DNA from: an uncultured Alphaproteobacteria bacterium
GTDB lineage: Bacteria > Pseudomonadota > Alphaproteobacteria > Rhizobiales > Tepidamorphaceae
Assembly (NCBI GenBank): GCA_963803485.1
Contig: CAWDMT010000008.1
Location: forward strand, 99,060-163,059
Length of the DNA: 64,000 nucleotides
Direction of reading: 5' to 3'
The first letter of the stretch is position 1. Each line of letters opens with the position of its first letter. Below the pieces are notes generated by a model. It saw only the letters and a program-made list of their open reading frames with translations, was not told the DNA's origin and did no database searches. Positions 47,074 through 58,272 of this stretch are shown here, piece after piece. The position numbers and the translations under genes were made by a program.

Positions 47074-47817
47074 ATGCTTGCGAGAGCGCGGCCGGACGAC
47101 GTGACGCCGGGTAGCGAACTGGATCGGCGCGGCGGCTTTCGTCTGGGCGCGCGCGTGGCGCTTTCGGTGCCGGGCGCGGTGTTGTTTGCGTCCGCGTTCG
47201 GCTTCGGGGCCTTCGCACAGGGGTCGAACTTCGACCTCGGCCTCGCGCTTTTCACCGCGCTCGTATTCGCGCTTCCCGGACAGGTGGTGCTGGTCGATTC
47301 CGTCGCCAACGGGGCGGGGCTCGCCGGCGCCACGCTGGCGGTGACGCTGACGGCGGTGCGGCTTTTGCCGCTCACCGTCGCGCTGATGCCGCATCTCAGG
47401 CGGCCCGATACGCCGCTCGCGCAGCAGCTCGCGCTGTCTCACTTCGTCGCCGTCACGGTGTGGGTGGAGACGATGCGGCGGCTGCACGAACTGCCCCGCG
47501 ACGTACGCATCTCGTTCTACTCCGGCGTCTCGGTGGTGCTCCTGCCGAGCGTCATCGTCGGCACGCTGCTCGGCTTCATCGCCGCCGGCGTGCTGCCGCC
47601 GCCGCTGGCGGCCGGCCTCATGTTCCTGACGCCGATCTATTTCCTGCTGTCGATGCTGTCGGCGTCGAGGGAGCAGATGGACGTGCTGGCGATCGGCATA
47701 GGCCTCGTGTTCGGCCCGATCTTCTATGCGCTCGTGCCGGGTCTCGATTTGCTGGTGACCGGCCTCGTCGCCGGGACCCTGGCCTATGCGGTCGCGCGCT
47801 GGAGACGGCGGCCATGA
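47074..47817 (+). CDS. azlC: AzlC-family branched-chain amino acid export protein
   Basis: 247-aa polytopic membrane protein. AzlC-like N-terminal region (GARVALSVPGAVLFASAFGFGAFA). ATGA overlap with a downstream AzlD-like gene. Confidence 0.8.
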   Translation: MLARARPDDVTPGSELDRRGGFRLGARVALSVPGAVLFASAFGFGAFAQGSNFDLGLALFTALVFALPGQVVLVDSVANGAGLAGATLAVTLTAVRLLPLTVALMPHLRRPDTPLAQQLALSHFVAVTVWVETMRRLHELPRDVRISFYSGVSVVLLPSVIVGTLLGFIAAGVLPPPLAAGLMFLTPIYFLLSMLSASREQMDVLAIGIGLVFGPIFYALVPGLDLLVTGLVAGTLAYAVARWRRRP

Positions 47818-48164
47818 TGGCGGCAGGGGGCATCTGGCCCTACGTGTTCGTCACGATCGCCGGTATTCTCGCGACGGATTTCTGGCGGTGGCTCGGCGTA
47901 CTTACGGCCGCGCGGCTTGATGAGAACAGCGAGATCCTTCGCTGGGTGCGGGCCGTCTCGACGGCCCTGGTCGCTGGCCTTGTGGCGCGCATCGTCATCT
48001 TCCCCATCGGCGCCATGGCCCTGACGCCACTCAGTGGCCGGGTGGGCGCGGTCGTGGTCGGACTGATCGTCTACGTCGCACTCAGGAAGAACGTCTTCCT
48101 CGGCATCCTCGCCGCCGAGGCGGTGCTGATCGGGGCGACGATCTGGGCGACCGGGGGACTGTAA
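47814..48164 (+). CDS. azlD: AzlD-family small membrane protein
   Basis: 116-aa, 4-TM-like protein translationally coupled (ATGA) to azlC. Confidence 0.72.
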   Translation: MMAAGGIWPYVFVTIAGILATDFWRWLGVLTAARLDENSEILRWVRAVSTALVAGLVARIVIFPIGAMALTPLSGRVGAVVVGLIVYVALRKNVFLGILAAEAVLIGATIWATGGL

Positions 48165-48225
48165 CTTCTCGAGGCATCGGGGCCTCGATCCGTCGAGCCG
48201 CGCCTTGCGGCGCGCGCGCCTAGCC

Positions 48226-48645
48226 TTACAGCGCCGCCTTCAGCTTCTCCGCGTTCGCCGCGAGAACCTCGTTCGTCTCCTTGAACGAGGCCGCGGGGCG
48301 CAGGTCGACGCCGGCGTGGCGCGGGATGACATGAAAGTGCGTATGGAACACGACCTGGCCGCCGGCCGGCTCGTTGAACTGGTGGATCGTCACGCCGTCG
48401 GCCCCGAACGCCCGGCGTCCGGCACGGGCGAGCTTGCGCACGGTCTCGATCACTGCGGCAAGATCGTCCAGCTCGATGTCGAGCAGGTTGCGGGAAGGCG
48501 CCTTTGGGATCACCAGGGCATGGCCGTCGGCGCGCGGCATGATATCCATGAATGCGAACGTCCGATCGTCCTCATGGACCTTATGCGCCGGCAGTTCGCC
48601 GCGCAGGATCTTCGCGAAGATGTTGTCGTCGTCGTAATCGGCCAT
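48226..48645 (-). CDS. HIT-family (histidine triad) nucleotide hydrolase
   Basis: DNIFAKILRGELPAHKV...GQVVFHTHFHVIPR histidine triad. Confidence 0.9.
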   Translation of the reverse strand: MADYDDDNIFAKILRGELPAHKVHEDDRTFAFMDIMPRADGHALVIPKAPSRNLLDIELDDLAAVIETVRKLARAGRRAFGADGVTIHQFNEPAGGQVVFHTHFHVIPRHAGVDLRPAASFKETNEVLAANAEKLKAAL

Positions 48646-48695
48646 GGTCTGCTCCCGTTAGCGCAAGGCGTAGCATTCAGAGACCGGCGCGTGCG

Positions 48696-49541
48696 TCAAG
48701 GCAGACGCATGAGGACCAATCCGAGGATGACGACCGCGACCGAAACGGCGCGCGCGGCCGTCAGCTTCTCACCGAGGAAGAGGACGCCGATGACCACGGC
48801 GAACACGACACTCGTCTCGCGCAGGGCGGCGACGAGGGCGATCGGCGCGACCGTCATGGCCCAGATCGCGATCCAGTAGGCGATTAGCGACAGCGCTCCG
48901 CCGACGAGGCCTGCCTTCCAGTTCTCCGAGATCATCTCGCTCGTCGCGCGGCCGCGTGCCCAGAGCGCGTAGAGCAGCAGCGGGAAGCCGTCGAGTACGA
49001 AGAGCCAGAGAATGTAGGAATGGGCGCTGCCTGCCGCGCGGGCTCCCATCCCGTCTGCGATCGTGTAGCCCGCGATGAAAACCGACGTGCCCAGTGCGAA
49101 TGCGACGCCCTTCGGCGCCTCGCGAATGACCTTGAGGCCCTGCTCGAAGGTGAGCGCGAGGATGCCGACGCCGAGCGTAACGATGCCGAGTACGGTGAGC
49201 GCAGGCAGCGGTTCGCCGACGATCAGGAAGCTCGCGAGAAGTGTCAACAGCGGCGCGGAGCCCCGCGCCAGCGGATACACCTTGCCCAACTCGCCGTGCA
49301 TGTAGGCGTTGGCGAGGAAGACGTTGTAGCCGAGATGCAGGACGACGGACGCCGCCAGCCAGGGCCAGGAATTGGGATGCGGCGGGCTGACGAGCAGCAA
49401 CCCCGGCAGGGCGAACACCGCGGCGAAGGTCGCCAGCAGCGTCATCATCGCCAGCCGGTCGCCCTTCAGCCGTATCAGCGCGTTCCAGCTCGCATGCAGG
49501 AGCGCCGAGAACAGGACGGCTGAGGCGACGGCGAGGGTCAT
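48696..49541 (-). CDS. EamA/DMT-family transporter
   Basis: 281 aa, about 10 TM segments, two EamA-like halves. Confidence 0.82.
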   Translation of the reverse strand: MTLAVASAVLFSALLHASWNALIRLKGDRLAMMTLLATFAAVFALPGLLLVSPPHPNSWPWLAASVVLHLGYNVFLANAYMHGELGKVYPLARGSAPLLTLLASFLIVGEPLPALTVLGIVTLGVGILALTFEQGLKVIREAPKGVAFALGTSVFIAGYTIADGMGARAAGSAHSYILWLFVLDGFPLLLYALWARGRATSEMISENWKAGLVGGALSLIAYWIAIWAMTVAPIALVAALRETSVVFAVVIGVLFLGEKLTAARAVSVAVVILGLVLMRLP

Positions 49542-49625
49542 GAGGCAGGACGCTCGGTGGGGCAGGCGCCCGGCATAGCGCCGTCATCGCAGTGTCGCAA
49601 TGGGGTGGGGGTGTGAACTTCGCGG

Positions 49626-49736
49626 CCCCGTCCTCCGAGATGCGTGCGCTGGACGCTTCTCAGGATGAGGATTCGAGCCCTGACATAACCCCTCATCCTG
49701 AGGAGGTCACGGAGCGGCCGTCTCGAAGGATCGGGG
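49626..49736. repeat. REP-like imperfect palindromic intergenic element, copy 2
   Basis: Inner stem CTCAGGATGAGG (49659-70) / CCTCATCCTGAG (49691-702). Outer arms CGTCCTCCGAGATGCG and CCGTCTCGAAGGATC (49718-32). The latter is the exact reverse complement of 2590-2604. Confidence 0.55.
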
Positions 49737-49754
49737 CCACTCTTGTGCCGCCCC

Positions 49755-51586
49755 TCAGTCCGTCATCTTCACGTAGCTGCCGGGCGCGTCCTCGATGGGC
49801 TTGAGCTTGCCGCCGCCGGGCGTGCGGGCGGGAACGCGCGTCCCGTCCTGCTTATCGAGCCAGGCATTCCAGTCGGGCCACCAGGAGCCGGGGTTCTCCT
49901 TGGCTTTCGAAATCCACTTGTCGAGGTCGCCGACCGGCTTGCCGCCGGTCCAGAACTGGTACTTCTGCTTGGCCGGTGGATTGACGACGCCGGCGATGTG
50001 GCCGGAGGCGGCGAGGACGAACCGGACTTTCCCGCCGAAGAACTTCGAACCGAGAAAGGCCGACTTCGCCGGCGCGATGTGGTCTTCGCGGGTGGCCAGA
50101 TTGTAGACGGGGATGGTGACCTTCCCGAGGTCGAGCCTCACGCCGCCGACCTCCATCTCGCCCCTGGTCAGCCGGTTCTCGAGATAGCAGCTGCGCAGGT
50201 AGAAGGAGTGGTTGGCGGCCGGCATGCGCGTGGAATCGGAATTCCAGTAGAGCAGGTCGAAGGGAAACGGCGCGCGGCCCCTGAGGTAGTTGTTCACCAC
50301 ATAGGGCCAGATCAGGTCGTTGGAGCGCAGCAGGTTGAAGGCGGTCGCCATGCGGCGGCCTTCCAGATAGCCGCGCCGAGCCATGTCCTCCTCGACGGCG
50401 CGCGATCTGCTCCTCGTCGACGAAGACCTTCAGGTCGCCGGCGAAGGTGAAGTCCACCTGGGTCGTCAGGAGCGTGGCGCTGGCGATGCGGTCGTCGCCC
50501 TTCGCCGCCATCCAGGCCAGCGTGACGGAGAGCAGCGTGCCGCCGACGCAATAGCCGACCGCGTTGACCTTTCGTTCGCCGGTCGCCTTCTCGATGACGT
50601 CGAGCGCTTCGAGGATGCCCTCGCGCATGTAGTCCTCGAAGGACTTCCTCGCGAGCCGCTCGTCCGGATTGACCCAGGAGATGACGAAGACCGTATGGCC
50701 CTGCTCGACGGCCCAGCGGATGAAGGACTTATCGCGGGTTGAGGTCGAGGATGTAGAACTTGTTGATCCACGGCGGGACGATGAGGAGCGGACGCTTGCA
50801 GACGTTCTCGGTCGCCGGCTCGTACTGGATGAGCTGGATGAGCTCGTTCTGCCAGACGACCTTGCCGGGGGTGAGCGCGAGGTTGCGTCCGACCTCGAAC
50901 AGGGTCGGGTCGGACTGGCGGATCTTCAGTTCGCCCTTGCCGAGCTTGATGTCCTCGGCGAGGAGCTGCATGCCGCGGACGAGGTTCTCGCCGTTCGATG
51001 CCAGCGTCTCGCGCAGGAGCTCCGGGTTGGTCATCACGAAGTTCGACGGCGACAGCGCGTTGGCGATCTGCCGGACGTAGAAGCGCGCCTTGTGGCGGGT
51101 GTGGTCGTCGATGTCCTCGGTCTTCTCGACGAGATCCTCGGCCCAGCGCGTGGTCAGCAGATAGGCCTGCTTGAGGAAGTCGAAGACACGGATTCTCGGC
51201 CCAGGCATGGTCGGCGAAGCGCCGGTCGCCTTTGTCAGGCTTTGCGACCGGCGGGTGGATTCCCCCCCATGCGACGCAGCATCGTCGTCCAGAGGTCGAG
51301 ATAGCCGACCCAAAGCCTGGTCTGCGCCTCGAAGGCCTTGCCGGGGTCGGAGAGCCATTTCTCCGCAATTTGGCCGAGCGTCTTGGCGGCCTGGCCCATT
51401 TCCTGGGCGAATACCAGCTTCGCCTCGCCGTCGTCGCGCGCCTCCATGACGGCGGCGAGCGCCTCTGCCGCCTTCCTCCGCGAGGCGGGAGATATTCTGC
51501 GCGAATGCCTCAGGATCTCGGATCTGGGTAGCCTCGTCCCGGTGTTCGACCCGTTCGGTCATCAGTTCCCCAGACTGTCTTTTCAT
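49755..51586 (-). pseudogene. phaC: Class I poly(3-hydroxyalkanoate) synthase, multiple frame changes
   Basis: N-terminal part through [17 protein letters not shown] (50729-51586). Lipase-box [13 protein letters not shown] (49852-50628 frame). C-terminus [11 protein letters not shown]...PGSYVKMTD* (49755-50384). Confidence 0.9.
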
Positions 51587-52100
51587 TGTCCCGTGGCCTG
51601 CCGTGGGCCGGGTTTCTCAGGCATTATCATGCCGCTGCTTTTGACAAACTGGAAATCGAGAGCCAAGACGGCGATTGGGAACGCCGGGTCGTTAGGGAAT
51701 GCTTTACCATGAACGCAGACCCTGTGAAGCGATCCCCGGTCGGGTTCCGGGGGAGCAGGTTGTCATGAGAATGTCCGGACAGACGAGGCGTGGCGCGGCA
51801 GCCGTTGCGACGGTGTTGCTCGCGCTCGGCGTTGCGCGGCTGCACGGAAAATCCGCGGACTGCCGTTCATCGCTGACGTTCCCGAGACACGAGAGCGGCG
51901 CCGCCGCCCGGCGTCTATCCGAACATCAACAACCATGCCGGAACCGCCGGCCGATCGAAGACGGCCGAAGAGCCTCAGGCTGCCGAGGAAGAGCTGGAGC
52001 GGCTCGGCACGTCGCCACGTCGAGTGGCGCCCAGCGAGCATTAGGCCGGCGAGCGGCGGCTCGTCTGACCGGCGCCCCGCCCAGGGAGCAGTATGCAGAG

Positions 52101-53335
52101 ATGTCGGACTTCCATCGCATCAAGCGCCTGCCGCCCTACGTCTTCGAGCAGGTCAACAGGCTGAAGGCGCAGGCCCGCGCTGGCGGCGCCGACATCATCG
52201 ACCTCGGCATGGGCAATCCGGACCTGCCGACGCCGCAGCACATCGTCGAGAAGCTGGTCGAGACGGTCGCCAAGCCGCGCACCCACCGCTATTCGGCCTC
52301 GCAAGGGCATTCCCGGGCCTGCGCAGGGCGCAGGCCGCCTATTACGACCGCCGCTTCGGCGTGAAGCTCAACCCGGACACGCAGGTCGTCGCGACGCTCG
52401 GCTCCAAGGAAGGCTTCGCCAATATGGCGCAGGCGATCACCGCGCCCGGCGACGTCGTGCTGGTGCCCGACCCGACCTATCCGATCCACGCATTCGGCTT
52501 CATCATGTCGGGCGGCGTCGATCCGGCAGCTGCCCGCCGAGCCGGACGACGAGTTTCATCCGCCGCGCTCGACCGGGCGGTGCGCCATTCGATCCCGAAG
52601 CCGCATCGCGCTGGTGCTCAACTACCCGGCGAACCCGACCGCGCTACGTCGCCGACCTCGATTTCTACAAGGAGGTGGTGGCCTTCGCGCGCAAGAACGA
52701 CCTCTTCATCCTGTCCGATCTCGCCTATGCCGAGATCTATTTCGACGAGCACGCCGCCGCCTTCGATCCTGCAGGTGAAGGGCGCGATGGACGTGGCGGT
52801 CGAGTTCACCTCGATGTCGAAGACCTATTCGATGCCCGGCTGGCGCATGGGCTTCGCGGTCGGCAACGAGCGGCTGATCGCCGCGCTGGCGCGGGTGAAG
52901 TCCTATCTCGACTACGGCGCCTTCACGCCGATCCAGGTGGCCGCCGCCGCCGCGCTCAACGGGCCGGAGGACATGCATCGAGGAGATGCGCGACGATCTA
53001 CCAGCAGCCGCCGCGATGTCTGGTCGACAGCTTCGCGCGCGCCGGCTGGGACATCCCGGCGCCGCCCGCGACGATGTTCGCCTGGGCGCCGATCCCCGAG
53101 CAGTTCCGGCAGCTGGGCTCGCTGGAGTTCTCCAAGCTGCTGGTCGAGAAGGCCGGCGTCGCGGTGGCGCCGGGCGTCGGCTTCGGCGAATATGGCGAGG
53201 GCTACGTGCGCATCGCGCCTCGTGGAGAACGAGCAGCGCATCCGCCAGGCCGCCCGCAACGTCAAGCGATTCCTTGCGAACGGCCGACGAAACGATGCAC
53301 AACGTCATCCCTGCTCGGGGCGACTGCGCGGCTGA
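52101..53335 (+). pseudogene. Class I/II PLP-dependent aminotransferase (AlaC / LL-DAP-aminotransferase-like), multiple frame changes; 3' end uncertain
   Basis: [130 protein letters not shown]. These lie in different frames. Confidence 0.85.
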
Positions 53336-53392
53336 CGCCGCCGGAGTCGGCCGTGCCGTCAAGCGCTGGCTGGTTCAGGTCCTCGGCGGGCG

Positions 53393-54707
53393 ATGCTCGG
53401 AACACTCTGCGCATCGGGCTCGCCGGGCTCGGCACGGTCGGCGTCGGCCGTACTCGACTGCTTGCCGAGAAGGCGATCCGTCGCGGACCGGGCGCGGTCG
53501 GCCGTGCGGGTCGGTGGCCGTCTCGGCGCGCTCGAAGCGCAAGCGCGGCATCGATCTCTCGGGCATGACATGGTTCGACGACCCGGTCGAGCTCGCGCAA
53601 GTCGCCGGAAATCGACGTCTTCGTCGAACTGATCGGCGGCGAAGGCGGCGCCGGCCAAAGCGGCCGTCGACGCCGCGCTTAGGCGGGCAAGCACGTCGTC
53701 ACGGCCAACAAGGCGCTGCTGGCCGCGCACGGCGTCGCAACTCGCCAGGCGCGCCGAGGCAAAGGCGCGCCGCTGATCGGCTTCGAGGCGGCGGTCGCCG
53801 GCGGCATCCCCATCGTCAAGACCTTGCGCGAGGCCTTGCGCGGCAACCGCATGAGCCGCGTCTACGGCATCCTCAACGGCACCTGCAACTACATCCTGAC
53901 GCGGATGGAGGATGAGGGCTCGGCCTTCGACGAGTGCCTGGCCGAGGCCCAGCGGCTCGGCTATGCCGAAGCCGACCCGACCTTCGACATCGAGGGCCAT
54001 CGACACCGCGCACAAGCTCGCGCATCCTGACGCGCCTGCCTTCGGCACCGAGATCGACGTCGATTCGATCTATCTCGAGGGCATCTCCTCGATCACCCAG
54101 GCCGACATCGAGGCGGCCGACGAACTCGGCTACAAGATCAAGCTGCTTGGCGTCGCGCGGCGCACCGAGAGCGGCATCGAGCAGCGCGTACACCCGACCA
54201 TGGTGCCGCACGATACCGCCATCGCCGGGGTCGACGGCGTGCTCAACGCGGTCGCCGTCGACGGCGACTTCGTGGGCGAGATCATGCTGGTCGGGCCCGG
54301 CGCGGGCGGGCCGGCGACAGCCTCGTCGGTGGTGGGCGACATCGCTCGACATCGCGCGCGGCATGGCGCCTGCCGTCGTTCGGCATGCCCGCCGCGCGCC
54401 TGCAGCCATACGAGCGCGCGCGGATGCGGGCGCACGAAGGCGGCTACTACATCCGGCTGTCGGTCTACGATCGGCCGGGCGCCTTCGCGGCGATCGCCGC
54501 GCGCATGGCCGAGCAGGAGCATCTCGCTGGAGAGCATCGTGCAGAAGCGACCGCGTGCCGCGGCCAGCGACCGATAGCGCGCGCCGCGTCGGTGCTCATC
54601 ACCCACGAGACGACCGAGGCGCACATCCGCGAAGGCGCTCGAGGCCATCGAAGAGGACGGTCACATCACGGACCGCCGCAAATGATCCGCTATCGAGCAC
54701 GCCGTGA
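53393..54707 (+). pseudogene. hom: Homoserine dehydrogenase, multiple frame changes; 3' end uncertain (54685-54753)
   Basis: ATG 53393, then after a 1-nt shift [91 protein letters not shown]-like end VLITHETTEAHIRE. Confidence 0.85.
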
Positions 54708-54742
54708 CGAACGAATGCCCAGGGCGGCTAGTATCGACCGAC

Positions 54743-55739
54743 ATGTCGGGTAAGGACAAGACCGCAGCATCCGTCGGCTCGACCGGATCCTGACGCTCGA
54801 GGTGGTGCGGGTGACCGAGCGCGCCGCCATCGCCGCCGCCAGGCTGCGCGGGCGCGGCAACGAGAAGGCCGCCGACCAGGCCGCCGTCGACGCCATGCGC
54901 GCGCGAACTCAATCAGCTTCCGATCAAGCGGCACCGTCGTCATCGGCGAGGGCGAGCGCGACGAGGCGCCGATGCTCTACATCGGCGAGGAAGTCGGGAC
55001 GGGCGAGGGCCCGAAGTCGACATCGCGGTCGATCCGCTCGAGGGGACGACGCTCTGCGCCAAGGACCAGCCCAATTCGCTGGCCGTGCTCGCCATCGCGG
55101 AAGGCGGGCAGCCTGCTCAATGCGCCGGACATCTACATGGACAAGATCGCCATCGGACCCGGCTATCCGGCCGGCACGGTCGATCTCGACAAGTCGCCGG
55201 CGGAGAACCTGCGCGGCGCTGGCCAAGGCCAAGGGCGTGCCGATGAGCGAGATCACCGCCTGCATCCTCGACCGCCCGCGCCACGCGAAGCTGATCGAGG
55301 AGGTGCGCGCGGCCGGCGCCGCGATCAGCCTGATCGGCGACGGCGATATCGCCGGCATCATCCACACGACGGACACCGACGAGACCGGGATCGACATCTA
55401 TATCGGCATCGGCGGCGCGCCCGAGGGCGTGCTGGCGGCAGCCGCTCTGCGCTGCATCGGCGGCCAGATGCAGGGCCGCCTGATCCTCGACACCGAGGAG
55501 AAGCGCAAGCGCGCGTCTGGCGATGGGCATCAAGGACCCGGACAAGAAGTACGACGATCGAGGAGATGGCGCGCGGCGACGTGATTTTCGCCGCGACCGG
55601 CGTCACCGACGGAAACCTCCTGTCCGGTGTGAAGTTCGGCAAGGAGACGGTGATGACGGATACCGTAGTCATGCGGTCCTCCACCCAGACCGTCCGCTGG
55701 ATCAAGGCCGAGCACCGCGCGCTCGCCAAGTTCGAATAG
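54743..55739 (+). pseudogene. glpX: Class II fructose-1,6-bisphosphatase, multiple frame changes
   Basis: [105 protein letters not shown]...RWIKAEHRALAKFE*. Spread over three frames. Confidence 0.9.
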
Positions 55740-55754
55740 CGCCGCTTTCTCGCG

Positions 55755-57586
55755 ATGGCGCAGCTGGCACCGGCCGATCATCCTGACCTTGCGGCCCCGG
55801 CACGGGCCTATCTGGGGGTGGAGCGTTCGGTGTCGGGCCGCCGCTGGGTGGATCGGCTCGATCCGGCCACCCACCAGACCGCGCTCGCCATCGCGCAGCG
55901 GGCGGACCTGCCGGAACTCGTCGCGCGCGTCGCCGCCGGGCGTGGAGCCGGCCCGGACGAAATCGGCCGGTTTCTCGACCCAAGCCTCCGCGATCTGATG
56001 CCCGACCCGTCGCTACTGGCGGGGATGGACGCGGCGACGGAGCGGCTGGCCTCTGCGGTGCGCCGTAGAGAGCAGATCGCCATATTTGGCGATTATGACG
56101 TTGACGGAGCCACTTCGTCTGCGTTGCTCGCGCGATTTCTGAACTGGAATGGGCTCCGGCCGGCGATCCACATTCCCGATCGCATCACCGAAGGGTATGG
56201 GCCCAACGAAGACGCGATCTCGCGGCTCGCCGCCGCCGGCGCGACTCTTCTGGTGACGGTCGACTGCGGCTCGACCAGTCCGAGGCATTCACGCACGCCG
56301 CGAAACTCGGCCTGGACGTCGTGGTGATCGACCACCACCAGGTGGGCGAGGTCTTGCCGCCGGCGCTGGCGATCGTCAATCCCAACCGCCAGGACGACCT
56401 GAGCGGGCAGGGCCACCTCGCAGCCGTCGGTGTCGTGTTCCTTACCGTGGTAGCCGTCAACCGCGCGCTGCGGCAGTCGGGCTGGTACGCGGACGGGCGG
56501 CACGAACCGGATCTCCTGGTCTGGCTCGATCTCGTCGCTTTGGGGACGGTGGCCGATGTCGTGCCGCTGACCGGCCTCAATCGGGCCTATGTCCGCAAGG
56601 GCCTGACGATCATGCAGCGGCGAGGGTCGGTTGGCCTGGCCGCGCTGGGCGATGTCGCGCGGCTCACGGGGCCGGTCGACTGCTACCATCTGGGATTCCT
56701 GCTCGGCCCCCGGATCAACGCCGGCGGACGCATCGGCGATGCGGGACTGGGAGTGCGGCTCCTCCTCTGCGAGGATCGCGACGACGCCGCGCAGATCGCG
56801 GCCGAACTGGACCGCCTGAACGGCGAGCGGCAGGCGATCGAGCAGGCGATCGTGGACGAGGCCATATTGGCTGTAGAGGCCGCCGGGGACCCGACGGCGG
56901 GCAGCGTCGTGATCGCCCATTCCGATGCGGACTGGCATCCCGGCGTCGTCGGTCTGGTCGCCTCGCGGCTGAAGGAGCGATACGCGCGTCCCGCGTTTGC
57001 GATCGCGTTCCGGCCGGACGGCGTCGGTACCGGCTCCGCCAGGTCCATCAGGGGTATCGACATCGGTTCGGCGGTGCGTGCCGCCGTCGAGTCCGGCATC
57101 GCCCTCAAGGGGGGAGGCCATGCCATGGCCGCCGGTCTGACCGTGCACCGGGATCGTCTGGCCGATCTTCAGGCCTTCCTCGGCGAGCGGCTGGCCGCGT
57201 TCGCGGGCACCGGCGATCCGTCGGTTCTCGAGATCGACGGCGCGCTCACGGCCACTGCGGCGCGCGTCGAACTGGTCACGGCGCTGGAAGCCGCGGGTCC
57301 GTTCGGATCGGGCAACCCGGAGCCCGTCTTCGCCCTGCCGGCGCACCGAATCGCTTTCGCTGAGGCGACCGCGCAGGGTCATGTGCGTTGCGCGTTCTCG
57401 ACCTCTGACGGCGGGCGGATCAAGGCAATCGCCTTCCGGGCCGCCGACGATCCGCTCGGTGCGGCTCTTCTCAACGGACGCGGAGATTCCGTTCACGCCG
57501 CGGGCGTGCTGCGGATCGACCGTTGGGGCGGACGCGAAGAGGTCTGCCTGCACCTGCGCGATCTCGCGCTCGCCAAGGCCCGCTGA
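55755..57586 (+). pseudogene. recJ: Single-stranded-DNA-specific exonuclease RecJ, one frame change near 56281
   Basis: IAIFGDYDVDGATSSALL...VTVDCGSTS (55755 frame). Then EAFTHAAKLGLDVVVIDHHQ...GGHAMAAGLTV (56321 frame). DHH/DHHA1 motifs are present. Confidence 0.9.
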
Positions 57587-57804
57587 AGCCCGGTCCCTCC
57601 CGAATTTTCCCTATGCCGCGGAATAAACGCCCGGCGCCTCCGTTCTCGTATGCAGAGGTGGAGGCCAGGGCGAGTTCATCGGACGAGACCTTTCGCCCCC
57701 GTCCAGCCGCGACCCTCCACCTCGCTGGACATCGAGCGGAATAGCCGGTCGGACCGGCGCTGACTTCACGGCGCCTCAGCCCGCCGGCAGAACGGAGACA
57801 GGAC

Positions 57805-58203
57805 ATGAGCGATCATTCGAATGACGCGAACACTGCGGAAGACGCGCCGAACCTAGACCGGCGCCGGATGCTGATGCGCCTCGGGCTGGCGGCGACCGCG
57901 ATCTACTCCGCGCCCGTGCTGCTTCAGCTGAACGAGGCCCATGCCTCGGGCGGCAGCGGCGGCGGCCGGGGCGGCAGCGGCGGCGGCCGGGGCGGCGGCA
58001 GCGGCGGGCGTGGCGGTCGCGGAAGCGGCGGCCGGGGCAGCGGTGGCCGGGGCAGCGGTCGCGGTCGCGGCGGGCAGGCTGCCCGCGGATTCGGCGGACA
58101 CCGGGGAAGCTGGGGCAGCGGCGCACGCCGCGGCGGCAACCGCGGGAATACGACGCTCAGCCAGGGGCTGATGCGCGACCTGCGCGATGCTTTCGGGCGG
58201 TAA
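57805..58203 (+). CDS. Small exported/precursor-like protein A: 47-aa twin-arginine-type leader ending AHA, 85-aa Gly/Ser/Arg (RGG) core
   Basis: GGAGA lies 6 nt upstream of the ATG. The leader DRRRMLMRLGLAATAIYSAPVLLQLNEAHA is 25/29 identical to the next ORF, with mostly synonymous DNA differences. By my count the core has 16 Arg and 2 Asp. Confidence 0.7.
   Translation: MSDHSNDANTAEDAPNLDRRRMLMRLGLAATAIYSAPVLLQLNEAHASGGSGGGRGGSGGGRGGGSGGRGGRGSGGRGSGGRGSGRGRGGQAARGFGGHRGSWGSGARRGGNRGNTTLSQGLMRDLRDAFGR
57951..57992 (+). repeat. Perfect 21-bp in-frame tandem duplication (2 units, partial third) inside the RGG core
   Basis: CGGCAGCGGCGGCGGCCGGGG at 57951-57971 and again at 57972-57992. It encodes GGSGGGR twice. 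Confidence 0.85.
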
Positions 58204-58272
58204 GGCCCTCTTCGCCGGGAGCTGCCCAGGCCGCACCCGGCGTCCTTGAACCCAAATGACGGGAGAACAGCG

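Noticed and set aside
51760-52040. Possible small secreted protein upstream of the aminotransferase ([24 protein letters not shown]... and, in another frame, ...[18 protein letters not shown]...*)
   Set aside because: It requires an assumed frameshift to join a signal-like start to a protein-like end. It has no family resemblance. It lies in an indel-prone patch, so I cannot support a call.
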